Positions 36,727 to 45,961 of a stretch of 64,000 nucleotides of DNA are shown here, in pieces. The position numbers and the translations under genes are program-made. The stretch's first letter is position 1. The number at the start of each line of letters is the position of its first letter. The notes under the pieces were generated by a model that made no database searches, was not told the origin of the DNA, and saw only the letters and a program-made list of their open reading frames with translations. The stretch lies in assembly GCF_011045215.1 (NCBI RefSeq), contig NZ_CP049201.1; one strand, 5' to 3'. This DNA is from Escherichia coli. GTDB taxonomy: Bacteria > Pseudomonadota > Gammaproteobacteria > Enterobacterales > Enterobacteriaceae.

Positions 36727-37581
36727 ATGGATGCCCTTAGCCGTTTGTTGATGCTTAACGCTCCACAAGGAACGATCGATAAGAATTGCGTGTTAGGAAG
36801 TGACTGGCAGCTTCCACATGGTGCCGGGGAATTATCGGTTATTCGTTGGCATGCGTTAACGCAAGGAGCGGCGAAGCTGGAAATGCCGACGGGGGAGATT
36901 TTTACATTACGCCCGGGAAATGTGGTCCTGCTACCACAAAATTCAGCCCATCGCCTGAGTCATGTCGATAATGAATCAACCTGTATTGTCTGCGGCACTC
37001 TTCGGCTGCAACATTCGGCGCGTTATTTTTTAACGTCTTTGCCGGAAACGCTGTTTTTAGCACCGGTTAACCACAGCGTAGAATATAACTGGCTGAGGGA
37101 GGCGATCCCGTTTTTACAACAGGAATCCAGATTGGCAATGCCGGGAGTGGATGCACTGTGTAGCCAGATCTGCGCTACATTCTTTACCCTCGCGGTGCGT
37201 GAGTGGATTGCACAGGTTAATACTGAGAAAAACATTCTCAGTTTGCTTCTGCATCCACGTCTTGGTGCGGTAATACAGCAAATGTTGGAAATGCCAGGAC
37301 ACGCCTGGACCGTCGAATCGCTGGCCAGCATCGCCCACATGTCCCGGGCAAGTTTTGCCCAGCTTTTCCGTGATGTTTCCGGAACCACGCCGCTGGCTGT
37401 ATTAACAAAGTTGCGTCTACAAATAGCGGCCCAGATGTTTTCCCGGGAAACGCTCCCTGTTGTGGTGATCGCTGAGTCAGTAGGCTATGCCAGTGAATCA
37501 TCTTTTCACAAGGCGTTTGTCCGCGAGTTTGGTTGTACTCCGGGAGAATATCGGGAAAGGGTCAGACAGCTTGCACCCTGA
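36727..37581 (+). CDS. rclR: AraC-family reactive-chlorine-responsive activator
   Basis: 284 aa with C-terminal AraC HTH; divergent from rclABC. Confidence 0.85.
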   Translation: MDALSRLLMLNAPQGTIDKNCVLGSDWQLPHGAGELSVIRWHALTQGAAKLEMPTGEIFTLRPGNVVLLPQNSAHRLSHVDNESTCIVCGTLRLQHSARYFLTSLPETLFLAPVNHSVEYNWLREAIPFLQQESRLAMPGVDALCSQICATFFTLAVREWIAQVNTEKNILSLLLHPRLGAVIQQMLEMPGHAWTVESLASIAHMSRASFAQLFRDVSGTTPLAVLTKLRLQIAAQMFSRETLPVVVIAESVGYASESSFHKAFVREFGCTPGEYRERVRQLAP

Positions 37582-38107
37582 ATAAAACCGCCAGAAATCA
37601 GGGCAAAGATAATCCGCATTCCGGGAGTTGTGAGCCTTTCAACTATTTCTATTTCCAACGGTGGTTTGGGCTTTATATATTTTTTTCTGATGGACTCTAG
37701 CTCAGTTTTTAAATAAAAATGCAAACTAAATTGTTTCAATTAAATAAAATCCCGACTATTACTTGATACGTGATTATTGTCGGTGATTTTTTTGTACACC
37801 ATCAGTGTATATCTCAACAACCCCTGAATAAGTAGCTCTGAATAGGTATAAGGGATGTAGCCATTTTTAAATGGATTTCTTATGCCAAAAATGATCGTCG
37901 ATTTCCCCATAAAATGTGAGCGATGCCGAAAGAAATAAAATTAGTTATTGCATTTGACGTTTGGATGAAAGATTATCATTTGTCATACAAATGAGGGGTG
38001 GTATGTTGCTAGCCAATTAAAAAAGAACGCCATATTTATTGATGATTGATCCCCCGGTGGGGGGAAACATCGGGCATAAATGGGCATGAAGTAATGGAGT
38101 ATTAGTT

Positions 38108-38827
38108 GTGAATGTCAATTTCTTTGTCACCTGTATTGGTGACGCCCTGAAATCAAGAATGGCACGAGACTCCGTGCTGCTACTGGAAAAACTCGGCTGT
38201 CGCGTAAATTTCCCGGAGAAACAGGGATGCTGCGGTCAGCCTGCGATCAATAGTGGTTATATCAAAGAAGCGATTCCAGGGATGAAAAATCTGATCGCCG
38301 CACTGGAGGATAACGACGATCCCATTATTTCACCGGCTGGCTCTTGCACCTATGCCGTAAAAAGTTACCCGACGTATCTGGCGGATGAACCTGAATGGGC
38401 ATCACGAGCCGAAAAGGTTGCCGCGCGTATGCAGGATCTCACCTCTTTTATTGTTAATAAATTAGGGGTAGTCGATGTAGGTGCCAGTTTGCAAGGGAGA
38501 GCGGTGTATCACCCATCTTGTAGCCTGGCCCGTAAGCTGGGGGTGAAGGACGAACCACTTACGCTGCTGAAAAATGTGCGTGGACTGGAGCTGTTGACCT
38601 TTGCTGAACAGGATACCTGCTGCGGATTTGGCGGCACGTTCTCGGTCAAAATGGCCGAAATATCCGGCGAGATGGTGAAAGAAAAGGTTGCGCACCTGAT
38701 GGAAGTCCGCCCTGAGTATTTAATAGGTGCTGACGTGAGTTGCCTGCTGAACATCAGTGGGCGATTACAACGGGAAGGGCAGAAAGTCAAAGTGATGCAT
38801 ATTGCTGAAGTGTTGATGAGCCGCTGA
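38108..38827 (+). CDS. ykgE: LutA-like cysteine-rich (CCG domain) Fe-S oxidoreductase subunit
   Basis: 239 aa, GTG start, repeated CCG motifs (GCCGQP…, TCCGFGG). Confidence 0.85.
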   Translation: MNVNFFVTCIGDALKSRMARDSVLLLEKLGCRVNFPEKQGCCGQPAINSGYIKEAIPGMKNLIAALEDNDDPIISPAGSCTYAVKSYPTYLADEPEWASRAEKVAARMQDLTSFIVNKLGVVDVGASLQGRAVYHPSCSLARKLGVKDEPLTLLKNVRGLELLTFAEQDTCCGFGGTFSVKMAEISGEMVKEKVAHLMEVRPEYLIGADVSCLLNISGRLQREGQKVKVMHIAEVLMSR

Positions 38828-38837
38828 GGGTATAAAG

Positions 38838-40265
38838 ATGTCGATCAAAACCAGTAATACAGATTTTAAGACACGCATCCGTCAGCAAATTGAAGATCCG
38901 ATCATGCGCAAAGCGGTGGCAAACGCGCAGCAGCGTATTGGGGCAAATCGGCAAAAAATGGTCGATGAATTGGGGCACTGGGAGGAGTGGCGCGATCGGG
39001 CCGCCCAGATACGTGATCATGTTCTGAGTAATCTCGACGCTTATCTGTACCAGCTCTCAGAAAAAGTGACGCAAAACGGCGGTCACGTCTATTTTGCAAA
39101 AACCAAAGAAGACGCTACCCGCTACATTTTACAGGTTGCCCAACGCAAAAATGCCCGGAAGGTGGTGAAATCTAAATCGATGGTGACCGAAGAGATTGGT
39201 ATCAATCATGTGTTGCAGGATGCTGGCATTCAGGTGATTGAAACCGATCTGGGTGAATATATTCTCCAGCTGGATCAAGATCCGCCATCTCATGTTGTGG
39301 TCCCGGCAATTCATAAAGATCGCCATCAGATCCGTCGAGTGCTACACGAACGTCTGGGCTATGAGGGGCCGGAAACGCCTGAAGCGATGACCTTATTCAT
39401 CCGGCAAAAAATCCGCGAAGATTTCCTCAGTGCTGAAATAGGTATTACCGGCTGTAATTTCGCGGTGGCAGAGACAGGTTCGGTATGCCTGGTGACCAAT
39501 GAAGGTAATGCGCGAATGTGTACCACGCTGCCTAAAACGCATATTGCAGTGATGGGAATGGAGCGTATTGCCCCCACGTTTGCCGAGGTAGATGTATTGA
39601 TCACCATGCTGGCGCGCAGTGCCGTTGGTGCACGTTTGACGGGATACAACACCTGGCTGACAGGACCGCGCGAAGCGGGGCACGTTGATGGTCCTGAAGA
39701 GTTTCATCTGGTTATTGTCGATAACGGGCGTTCTGAGGTGCTGGCCTCTGAATTTCGGGATGTGCTGCGCTGTATTCGCTGCGGGGCTTGTATGAATACT
39801 TGTCCGGCATATCGCCATATTGGCGGTCATGGATATGGCTCTATTTATCCAGGGCCAATTGGTGCGGTGATTTCTCCGCTACTTGGCGGCTATAAAGATT
39901 TTAAAGATTTACCCTACGCCTGCTCTTTATGCACAGCTTGTGACAACGTGTGTCCAGTGCGTATTCCGCTGTCAAAACTGATTTTGCGTCATCGTCGGGT
40001 GATGGCTGAAAAAGGGATCACCGCAAAAGCAGAGCAACGGGCGATAAAAATGTTCGCTTATGCCAATAGTCATCCAGGATTGTGGAAAGTCGGGATGATG
40101 GCCGGCGCTCATGCGGCAAGCTGGTTTATCAATGGCGGCAAAACACCACTCAAATTTGGCGCGATTAGCGACTGGATGGAAGCACGCGATCTTCCTGAAG
40201 CTGACGGAGAGAGTTTCCGTAGTTGGTTTAAGAAACATCAGGCGCAGGAGAAAAAGAATGGATAA
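38838..40265 (+). CDS. ykgF: LutB-like 4Fe-4S ferredoxin-type oxidoreductase subunit
   Basis: 475 aa with two CxxCxxCxxxCP clusters (CIRCGACMNTCP, CSLCTACDNVCP). Confidence 0.85.
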   Translation: MSIKTSNTDFKTRIRQQIEDPIMRKAVANAQQRIGANRQKMVDELGHWEEWRDRAAQIRDHVLSNLDAYLYQLSEKVTQNGGHVYFAKTKEDATRYILQVAQRKNARKVVKSKSMVTEEIGINHVLQDAGIQVIETDLGEYILQLDQDPPSHVVVPAIHKDRHQIRRVLHERLGYEGPETPEAMTLFIRQKIREDFLSAEIGITGCNFAVAETGSVCLVTNEGNARMCTTLPKTHIAVMGMERIAPTFAEVDVLITMLARSAVGARLTGYNTWLTGPREAGHVDGPEEFHLVIVDNGRSEVLASEFRDVLRCIRCGACMNTCPAYRHIGGHGYGSIYPGPIGAVISPLLGGYKDFKDLPYACSLCTACDNVCPVRIPLSKLILRHRRVMAEKGITAKAEQRAIKMFAYANSHPGLWKVGMMAGAHAASWFINGGKTPLKFGAISDWMEARDLPEADGESFRSWFKKHQAQEKKNG

Positions 40266-40953
40266 TCGAGGCGAATTTTTGAATAACGTTGCTCAGGCAC
40301 TGGGTCGCCCGCTGCGACTTGAACCGCAAGCAGAAGATGCGCCGCTTAACAACTATGCTAACGAGCGGCTTACCGAACTTAACCAACAGCAGCGCTGTGA
40401 CGCGTTTATTCAGTTTGCCAGCGATGTTATGTTGACGCGCTGTGAACTGACCAGCGAGGCGAAGGCGGCAGAAGCTGCAATACGACTGTGTAAAGAGCTG
40501 GGAGATCAGTCGGTCGTGATTAGCGGTGACACGAGGCTGGAGGAATTAGGGATTAGCGAACGTTTGCAGCAGGAATGCAATGCCGTTGTTTGGGATCCGG
40601 CGAAAGGTGCCGAGAATATCTCGCAGGCAGAGCAGGCTAAAGTGGGTGTCGTGTATGCTGAATATGGTTTAACCGAATCGGGAGGCGTGGTTCTTTTTTC
40701 CGCCGCCGAGCGTGGGCGTTCATTGAGCCTGCTCCCGGAATCATCTCTTTTTATCCTGCGTAAAAGCACTATTCTGCCGCGTGTAGCGCAACTCGCAGAA
40801 AGATTGCATCAGAAAGCGCAGGCCGGTGAACGCATGCCGTCATGTATTAACATCATCAGTGGTCCCAGCTCAACGGCGGACATTGAGCTTATCAAAGTCG
40901 TCGGGGTTCATGGTCCGGTGAAAGCGGTGTATCTGATTATTGAGGATTGCTGA
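40258..40953 (+). CDS. ykgG: LutC-like subunit (DUF162)
   Basis: Start at ATG 40258 (MDNRGEFLNN…), overlapping the ykgF stop by 8 nt; the ORF-track start at 40111 lies inside ykgF. Confidence 0.8.
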   Translation: MDNRGEFLNNVAQALGRPLRLEPQAEDAPLNNYANERLTELNQQQRCDAFIQFASDVMLTRCELTSEAKAAEAAIRLCKELGDQSVVISGDTRLEELGISERLQQECNAVVWDPAKGAENISQAEQAKVGVVYAEYGLTESGGVVLFSAAERGRSLSLLPESSLFILRKSTILPRVAQLAERLHQKAQAGERMPSCINIISGPSSTADIELIKVVGVHGPVKAVYLIIEDC

Positions 40954-41059
40954 GAGAGGTATGAAGTCTGGACATAAACCTGAAGAAGGCATACGAGGTT
41001 GAAAATAGCGTTAAGGACAACCTGACTTAACCCCGTTCCGTCATGGTTATGCTCCTCTT

Positions 41060-41100
41060 CTGTAAATATCCTGGCATTAGTAATGCCAGGATATTTACAG
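41060..41100. other. 41-bp near-perfect palindrome between convergent ykgG and ykgH
   Basis: CTGTAAATATCCTGGCATTA-G-TAATGCCAGGATATTTACAG: 20-bp perfectly complementary arms around one central base; no canonical U-tract on either strand. Confidence 0.5.
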
Positions 41101-41195
41101 TGAAAAAGACAGGCATCCATTCCTGAAAACGGGTTCCCTTCCCGGTCATTGTCACTTCAGCTTTATACAGGCACTCTCTATCAGAATGCTGTTTA

Positions 41196-41864
41196 TTACT
41201 GCCCAGAGTTTTGTTGGTATTCATCTACCATTTTTTTGACAAGGCAAAACATTACAGAAATTACAATGCTTATAAAAAATCCCAGAGCTAGGTAAATGGC
41301 AGCAGGGTATTTATTTTTTATTTCTGGTGAGCTTATAGTTACACAGCCATCACCGTTTGGATACAATGACCAGTTCCTGGTCAGGTATATCATTTTTGTA
41401 TAAAGCTCACTGTTAATTGCTGAAGGCGTTTGTATCTCATCGAGAACTTGCCTGCCATTATGGTATTCTGACGCATACCATTTGATAATAGACGCCTGCA
41501 CGTGAGATATTTCCGCTTCAGCAGTTGGTAAATCTCTCTTATCTCCTGACCATTCCAGCTTTATTTCTCTGTTCTTGACATCTGGGCTGGTGTGAAAAAA
41601 TGTAGTAATTCGCTGAATAACATCTTCAGTCATTGTGGTCTGACAGGCAAAGTTATTATTGCTATCACAGTTAACAAGTATACCTGGCGTTGTCTGGTTT
41701 ATTTTTAGGCTGTAAATCACTTTTATATTGTCTTTATTGATATACAGAAACAACAGCACCATAGCCATACATATAGCCATAATAAAAAGGATAACACGAA
41801 TCTTTTTCTTCAGATAAAATAAAATCTCAATCAGATCGATATCCTGTTTGATTTGTTCACTCAT
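41196..41864 (-). CDS. ykgH: inner membrane protein YkgH
   Basis: 222 aa, one N-proximal transmembrane segment followed by a periplasmic domain; position between ykgG and betA. Confidence 0.75.
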   Translation of the reverse strand: MSEQIKQDIDLIEILFYLKKKIRVILFIMAICMAMVLLFLYINKDNIKVIYSLKINQTTPGILVNCDSNNNFACQTTMTEDVIQRITTFFHTSPDVKNREIKLEWSGDKRDLPTAEAEISHVQASIIKWYASEYHNGRQVLDEIQTPSAINSELYTKMIYLTRNWSLYPNGDGCVTISSPEIKNKYPAAIYLALGFFISIVISVMFCLVKKMVDEYQQNSGQ

Positions 41865-42057
41865 AATATATCCAGAAAATAAAATCTGCCGCAGATAAAT
41901 GAATTAATAGTCTGTATCAGGAATGTTCGGGTTAAATATCAGCAAAAAGCCAGCATCATGAATACTGGATATGAAGCATGAGAGTTACCTCAGTGTTTAT
42001 ATAAGGATTCGGCCCCCCTCTCTGGAACGGTAACTCTCAATCTGATCGGTTCCTGCG

Positions 42058-43746
42058 TTAGTTCACATCACGACTCATTTTTTTCGCTCTCACCGGCATC
42101 CCATTTGCCACAAAATATCCCGCCGTGCTCCTCGGCAACGCTTCCTGTCCACGAATCATGTCCGCTATTTTCTCGCCAATCATAATTGTCGTGGCGTTCA
42201 AATTCCCGGTGATAATCTGCGGCATAATTGACGCATCCACCACGCGCAGGCCTTCCAGCCCATGCACGCGGCCTTCGCCGTCAACCACGGACATCTCGTC
42301 GTAGCCCATTTTGCAGGTACCGCACGGATGGAAGGCGGTTTCGGCGTGATTACGCACGAACTCATCGAGCTGCTCATCCGTCTGACATTCCGTGCCGGGG
42401 CTGATTTCGCGGCCACGATACTGATCCAGCGCTGGTTGATGCATGATCTCGCGGGTGATGCGAATTGCGTCGCGGAACTCCTGCCAGTCCTGCTCGTGCG
42501 ACATGTAGTTAAACAGAATCGCCGGATGCTGGTGCGGGTCGCGGGATTTAATCCGCACATGCCCACGGCTTGGCGAGCGCATCGATCCGACGTGGCACTG
42601 GAAGCCGTGCTCTTTCACTGCATTCGAGCCGTTATAGTTAATCGCTACTGGCAGGAAATGGTACTGAATATTCGGCCACGCAAATTCCTCTCGGCTGCGA
42701 ATAAATCCGCCTGCTTCAAAGTGGTTGCTGGCACCAACGCCGGTGCCGCCAAACAGCCACTCCGCACCGATTTTCGGCTGATTCCACCACTGCAGGGCAG
42801 GGTAGAGGGAAACCGGTTCTTTGCACTCATATTGCAGATACATCTCCAGGTGATCCTGAAGATTTTCGCCGACGCCGGGTAAATCATGCACCAGCGGAAT
42901 ATCAAACTCCGCCAGCAGTTCAGCGCTACCCACGCCGGAACGTTGCAGGATCTGCGGAGAGGCGATCGCACCTGCACATAACAGCACCTCTTTATTCGCT
43001 GTCGCGCGGGTTGGAATGGTGCTGTCGCCTTCCTGCCACTCGACGCCCACCGCGCGTTTGCCGTCAAAAATGATGTGATCGGTCATAGCGTGAGTACGAA
43101 TGGTCAGGTTAGGGCGCGATTTGGCCTGATCGAGATAACCGCGCGCGGTACTGGCGCGACGGCCCTGCGGCGTGACGGTGCGATCCATCGGGCCAAAACC
43201 TTCCTGCTGATAGCCGTTGAGATCGTCCGTGCGCGGGTAGCCTGCCTGCACGCCCGCTTCAATCATCGCTTCAAACAGCGGATTGACGCCGGGTTTGGAG
43301 GTGGTGACGCTCACCGGGCCATCACCGCCGTGATAGTCGTTATCACCAATATCGCGCGTCTCGGCCTTGCGATAGTAGGGCAGGCAATCGAGATAGCTCC
43401 AGTTCTCCAGGCCGGGTTCTTTCGCCCAGTTGTCGAGATCCAGCGCGTTGCCACGGATGTAGCACATGCCGTTGATCAGCGACGATCCACCCAGGCCTTT
43501 ACCGCGTCCGCACTCCATGCGGCGGTTATTCATAAACGGTTCAGGTTCCGTTTCATAGGCCCAGTTGTAGCGTTTACCCTGTAGCGGGAATGCCAGGGCA
43601 GCGGGCATCTGGGTGCGGAAGTCAAAGCGATAGTCCGGGCCGCCCGCTTCAAGCAGCAGCACGGAGGTATTCGGATCTTCAGTCAGACGGGTAGCGAGAA
43701 CGTTGCCGGCTGAGCCGGCACCAATAATGATGTAGTCAAATTGCAA
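42058..43746 (-). CDS. betA: choline dehydrogenase (GMC oxidoreductase)
   Basis: GMC flavoprotein; start assigned to TTG at 43744-43746 ([15 protein letters not shown]…) with GGAGG 5 nt upstream, because the ORF-track ATG start lies inside betB. The C-terminus runs 6 codons (MSRDVN) past …VRAKK. Confidence 0.85.
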   Translation of the reverse strand: MQFDYIIIGAGSAGNVLATRLTEDPNTSVLLLEAGGPDYRFDFRTQMPAALAFPLQGKRYNWAYETEPEPFMNNRRMECGRGKGLGGSSLINGMCYIRGNALDLDNWAKEPGLENWSYLDCLPYYRKAETRDIGDNDYHGGDGPVSVTTSKPGVNPLFEAMIEAGVQAGYPRTDDLNGYQQEGFGPMDRTVTPQGRRASTARGYLDQAKSRPNLTIRTHAMTDHIIFDGKRAVGVEWQEGDSTIPTRATANKEVLLCAGAIASPQILQRSGVGSAELLAEFDIPLVHDLPGVGENLQDHLEMYLQYECKEPVSLYPALQWWNQPKIGAEWLFGGTGVGASNHFEAGGFIRSREEFAWPNIQYHFLPVAINYNGSNAVKEHGFQCHVGSMRSPSRGHVRIKSRDPHQHPAILFNYMSHEQDWQEFRDAIRITREIMHQPALDQYRGREISPGTECQTDEQLDEFVRNHAETAFHPCGTCKMGYDEMSVVDGEGRVHGLEGLRVVDASIMPQIITGNLNATTIMIGEKIADMIRGQEALPRSTAGYFVANGMPVRAKKMSRDVN

Positions 43747-43759
43747 ATAAACCTCCTGG

Positions 43760-45232
43760 TTAGAATATGGACTGAAATTTAGCCATCTCAACCTGGATGG
43801 ACTTCACCTGGGTGTAACTCTGGAGCGTCATCACGCCGTTCTCGCGACCAATGCCGGAGTGTTTGTAGCCGCCAACGGGCATCTCTGCCGGGGATTCGCC
43901 CCAGGTGTTGATCCAGCAAATACCCGCTTCCAGCTGATGAATGACGCGATGCGCGCGGTTCAGGTCCGCCGTCACGATGCCCGCCGCCAGGCCGTAGTCG
44001 GTATCGTTAGCGCGGCGAATGACTTCGTCTTCCGACTCGTAGGTCAGAATGGACATCACTGGCCCGAAGATCTCTTCACGCACGATGGTCATATCGTCGC
44101 TGCAATCGGTGAACACTGTCGGTGCAACCCATGCGCCGTTATCGAAGCCATCGCCTTTCAGTACATCGCCGCCGCACAGTACGCGCGCGCCTTCCTCTTT
44201 GCCTTTGGCGATATAGCGCAGCACGTTATCGCGATGCGGGAAGCTGACCAGCGGGCCGAAGTTAGTTTGCGGATCGAAAACGTCGCCCGCGCGAATGCGC
44301 TCAACGCGCGCCAGAATTTTCTGCTCAAATGCGGCTTTGCATTTCGCCGGAACGAAGACGCGGGTGCCATTGGTACACACCTGACCGGAGCTGAAGAAGT
44401 TTGCCATCATGGCGATATCGGCGGCGAGATCGAGATCCGCATCATCGAAAACGATCAGCGGTGATTTACCGCCCAGTTCCATGGTCACTTCTTTCAGGGA
44501 AGAGGCCGCCGAGTTAGCCATCACTTTTTTGCCGCTGGCGACACCGCCGGTAAATGACACTTTGGCAATGCCCGGATGCTCGGTCAGATATTGCCCGGTC
44601 TCCGCGCCCACGCCCGGCAACACGTTAAATACGCCGTCCGGCAGGCCCGCTTCGCTGTAAATTTCAGCCAGCTTTAACGCGGTAAGCGGGGTGACTTCGC
44701 TCGGTTTGAAAATCATTGCGTTGCCTGCCGCCAGCGCCGGGGCGGATTTCCACAGGGCAATCTGGATCGGGTAGTTCCATGCGCCAATCCCCGCCACCAC
44801 GCCCAGCGGTTCGCGGCGGGTATAAACAAATGACGTCTCACGCAACGGGATCTGGCTGCCTTCCAGCGCCGGGATCAGCCCGGCGTAGTACTCCAGCACG
44901 TCCGCACCGGTAACGATATCGACGGTTGAGGTTTCCGAATATGCTTTTCCGGTATCGAGGGTTTCCAGTTTTGCGAGTTCGTCATTGCGTTCACGTAGAA
45001 TATCAACGGCCCGACGCAGAATACGCGAGCGTTCCATAGCGGTCATCGCCGCCCAGATTTTTTGCCCCTGTTGGGCACTCTTCACGGCGCGATCGACATC
45101 CTCGCGCCCGGCGGCCTGCACGGTCGCCAGCACGTTACCGTTGGCCGGGTTAATGGTCTCGAAGGTGCGACCGCTGGTGGCGGAGGTATAACCACCATGT
45201 ATATAAAGCTGCTGTTCTGCCATTCGGGACAT
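43760..45232 (-). CDS. betB: betaine aldehyde dehydrogenase
   Basis: 490 aa aldehyde dehydrogenase ([15 protein letters not shown]…), immediately upstream of betA. Confidence 0.9.
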   Translation of the reverse strand: MSRMAEQQLYIHGGYTSATSGRTFETINPANGNVLATVQAAGREDVDRAVKSAQQGQKIWAAMTAMERSRILRRAVDILRERNDELAKLETLDTGKAYSETSTVDIVTGADVLEYYAGLIPALEGSQIPLRETSFVYTRREPLGVVAGIGAWNYPIQIALWKSAPALAAGNAMIFKPSEVTPLTALKLAEIYSEAGLPDGVFNVLPGVGAETGQYLTEHPGIAKVSFTGGVASGKKVMANSAASSLKEVTMELGGKSPLIVFDDADLDLAADIAMMANFFSSGQVCTNGTRVFVPAKCKAAFEQKILARVERIRAGDVFDPQTNFGPLVSFPHRDNVLRYIAKGKEEGARVLCGGDVLKGDGFDNGAWVAPTVFTDCSDDMTIVREEIFGPVMSILTYESEDEVIRRANDTDYGLAAGIVTADLNRAHRVIHQLEAGICWINTWGESPAEMPVGGYKHSGIGRENGVMTLQSYTQVKSIQVEMAKFQSIF

Positions 45233-45245
45233 CACGTCTCCTCGG

Positions 45246-45833
45246 TTAATCGGTGGGTAAATGCTGAGTAATAAAGTGACGGGTCAGCGAGTGTGCGAGA
45301 GGTTTATCCAGCGGTTTGCCGCTCAGTGCCGCGCGCAGCCATAATCCGTCAATCAGCGCGGCAAGGCCGTAGCCCGCTTCCTGTGCCTGGTGGCGCGGCA
45401 ATTCGCGGCGAAACTCGCTCACCAGATTCGACAATAAGCGGCGGCTACTGACCTGCTGCAAGCGATAGAGCATCGGCTGATGCATACTGCTGGCCCAGAA
45501 CGCCAGCCAGGCTTTCATCGCCGCACTGCTCACCTGCGTTTCATCGAAGTTTCCGCCAACAATCGCCTGTAATCGCTGCTCTGCACTGCCCTGCGGAAGT
45601 GCATGTAATCGATTCAAAACCGCGTCACGCAGCTGACTGGTGATATCGCGCATGGTTGCTTCCAGCAGACCATTTTTGTCCCTGAAATAGTGGCTGATGA
45701 TCCCCGTAGAAACGCCTGCACGGCGGGCGATCTGCGCGATCGTTGCATCGTGCATGCCCACTTCATTTATTGCTTCCAGTGTGGCGTCGATCAGTTGTCT
45801 GCGCCGGATCGACTGCATCCCCAATTTGGGCAT
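45246..45833 (-). CDS. betI: TetR-family choline-responsive repressor
   Basis: 195 aa from [24 protein letters not shown]… with TetR HTH. Confidence 0.85.
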
Positions 45834-45961
45834 TTTCGCCACTCCATTCATCAGCGTTGTTTATCTATTAAAGCGGTTATTGATTGGACGTTCAATATAA
45901 AATGTGTCTTAATTGTTACGAATTTGATTTTAAATGGTAACAATAACAGTGGGGATACTGG
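45834..45961. promoter_or_regulatory. divergent betT / betIBA promoter-operator region
   Basis: 128-bp AT-rich gap between divergent betI and betT; known site of BetI-controlled divergent promoters. Confidence 0.5.

Noticed and set aside
40111-40953. 280-aa version of ykgG starting at 40111
   Set aside because: The extra N-terminal 49 codons overlap the end of ykgF in another frame; the ATG at 40258 gives the expected N-terminus (MDNRGEF) and the usual overlapping-stop arrangement.
42058-43791. 577-aa betA ORF starting at ATG 43791
   Set aside because: That start lies inside betB. The conserved GMC N-terminus ([10 protein letters not shown]) begins at a TTG with a GGAGG Shine-Dalgarno 5 nt upstream, so the TTG at 43746 is preferred.
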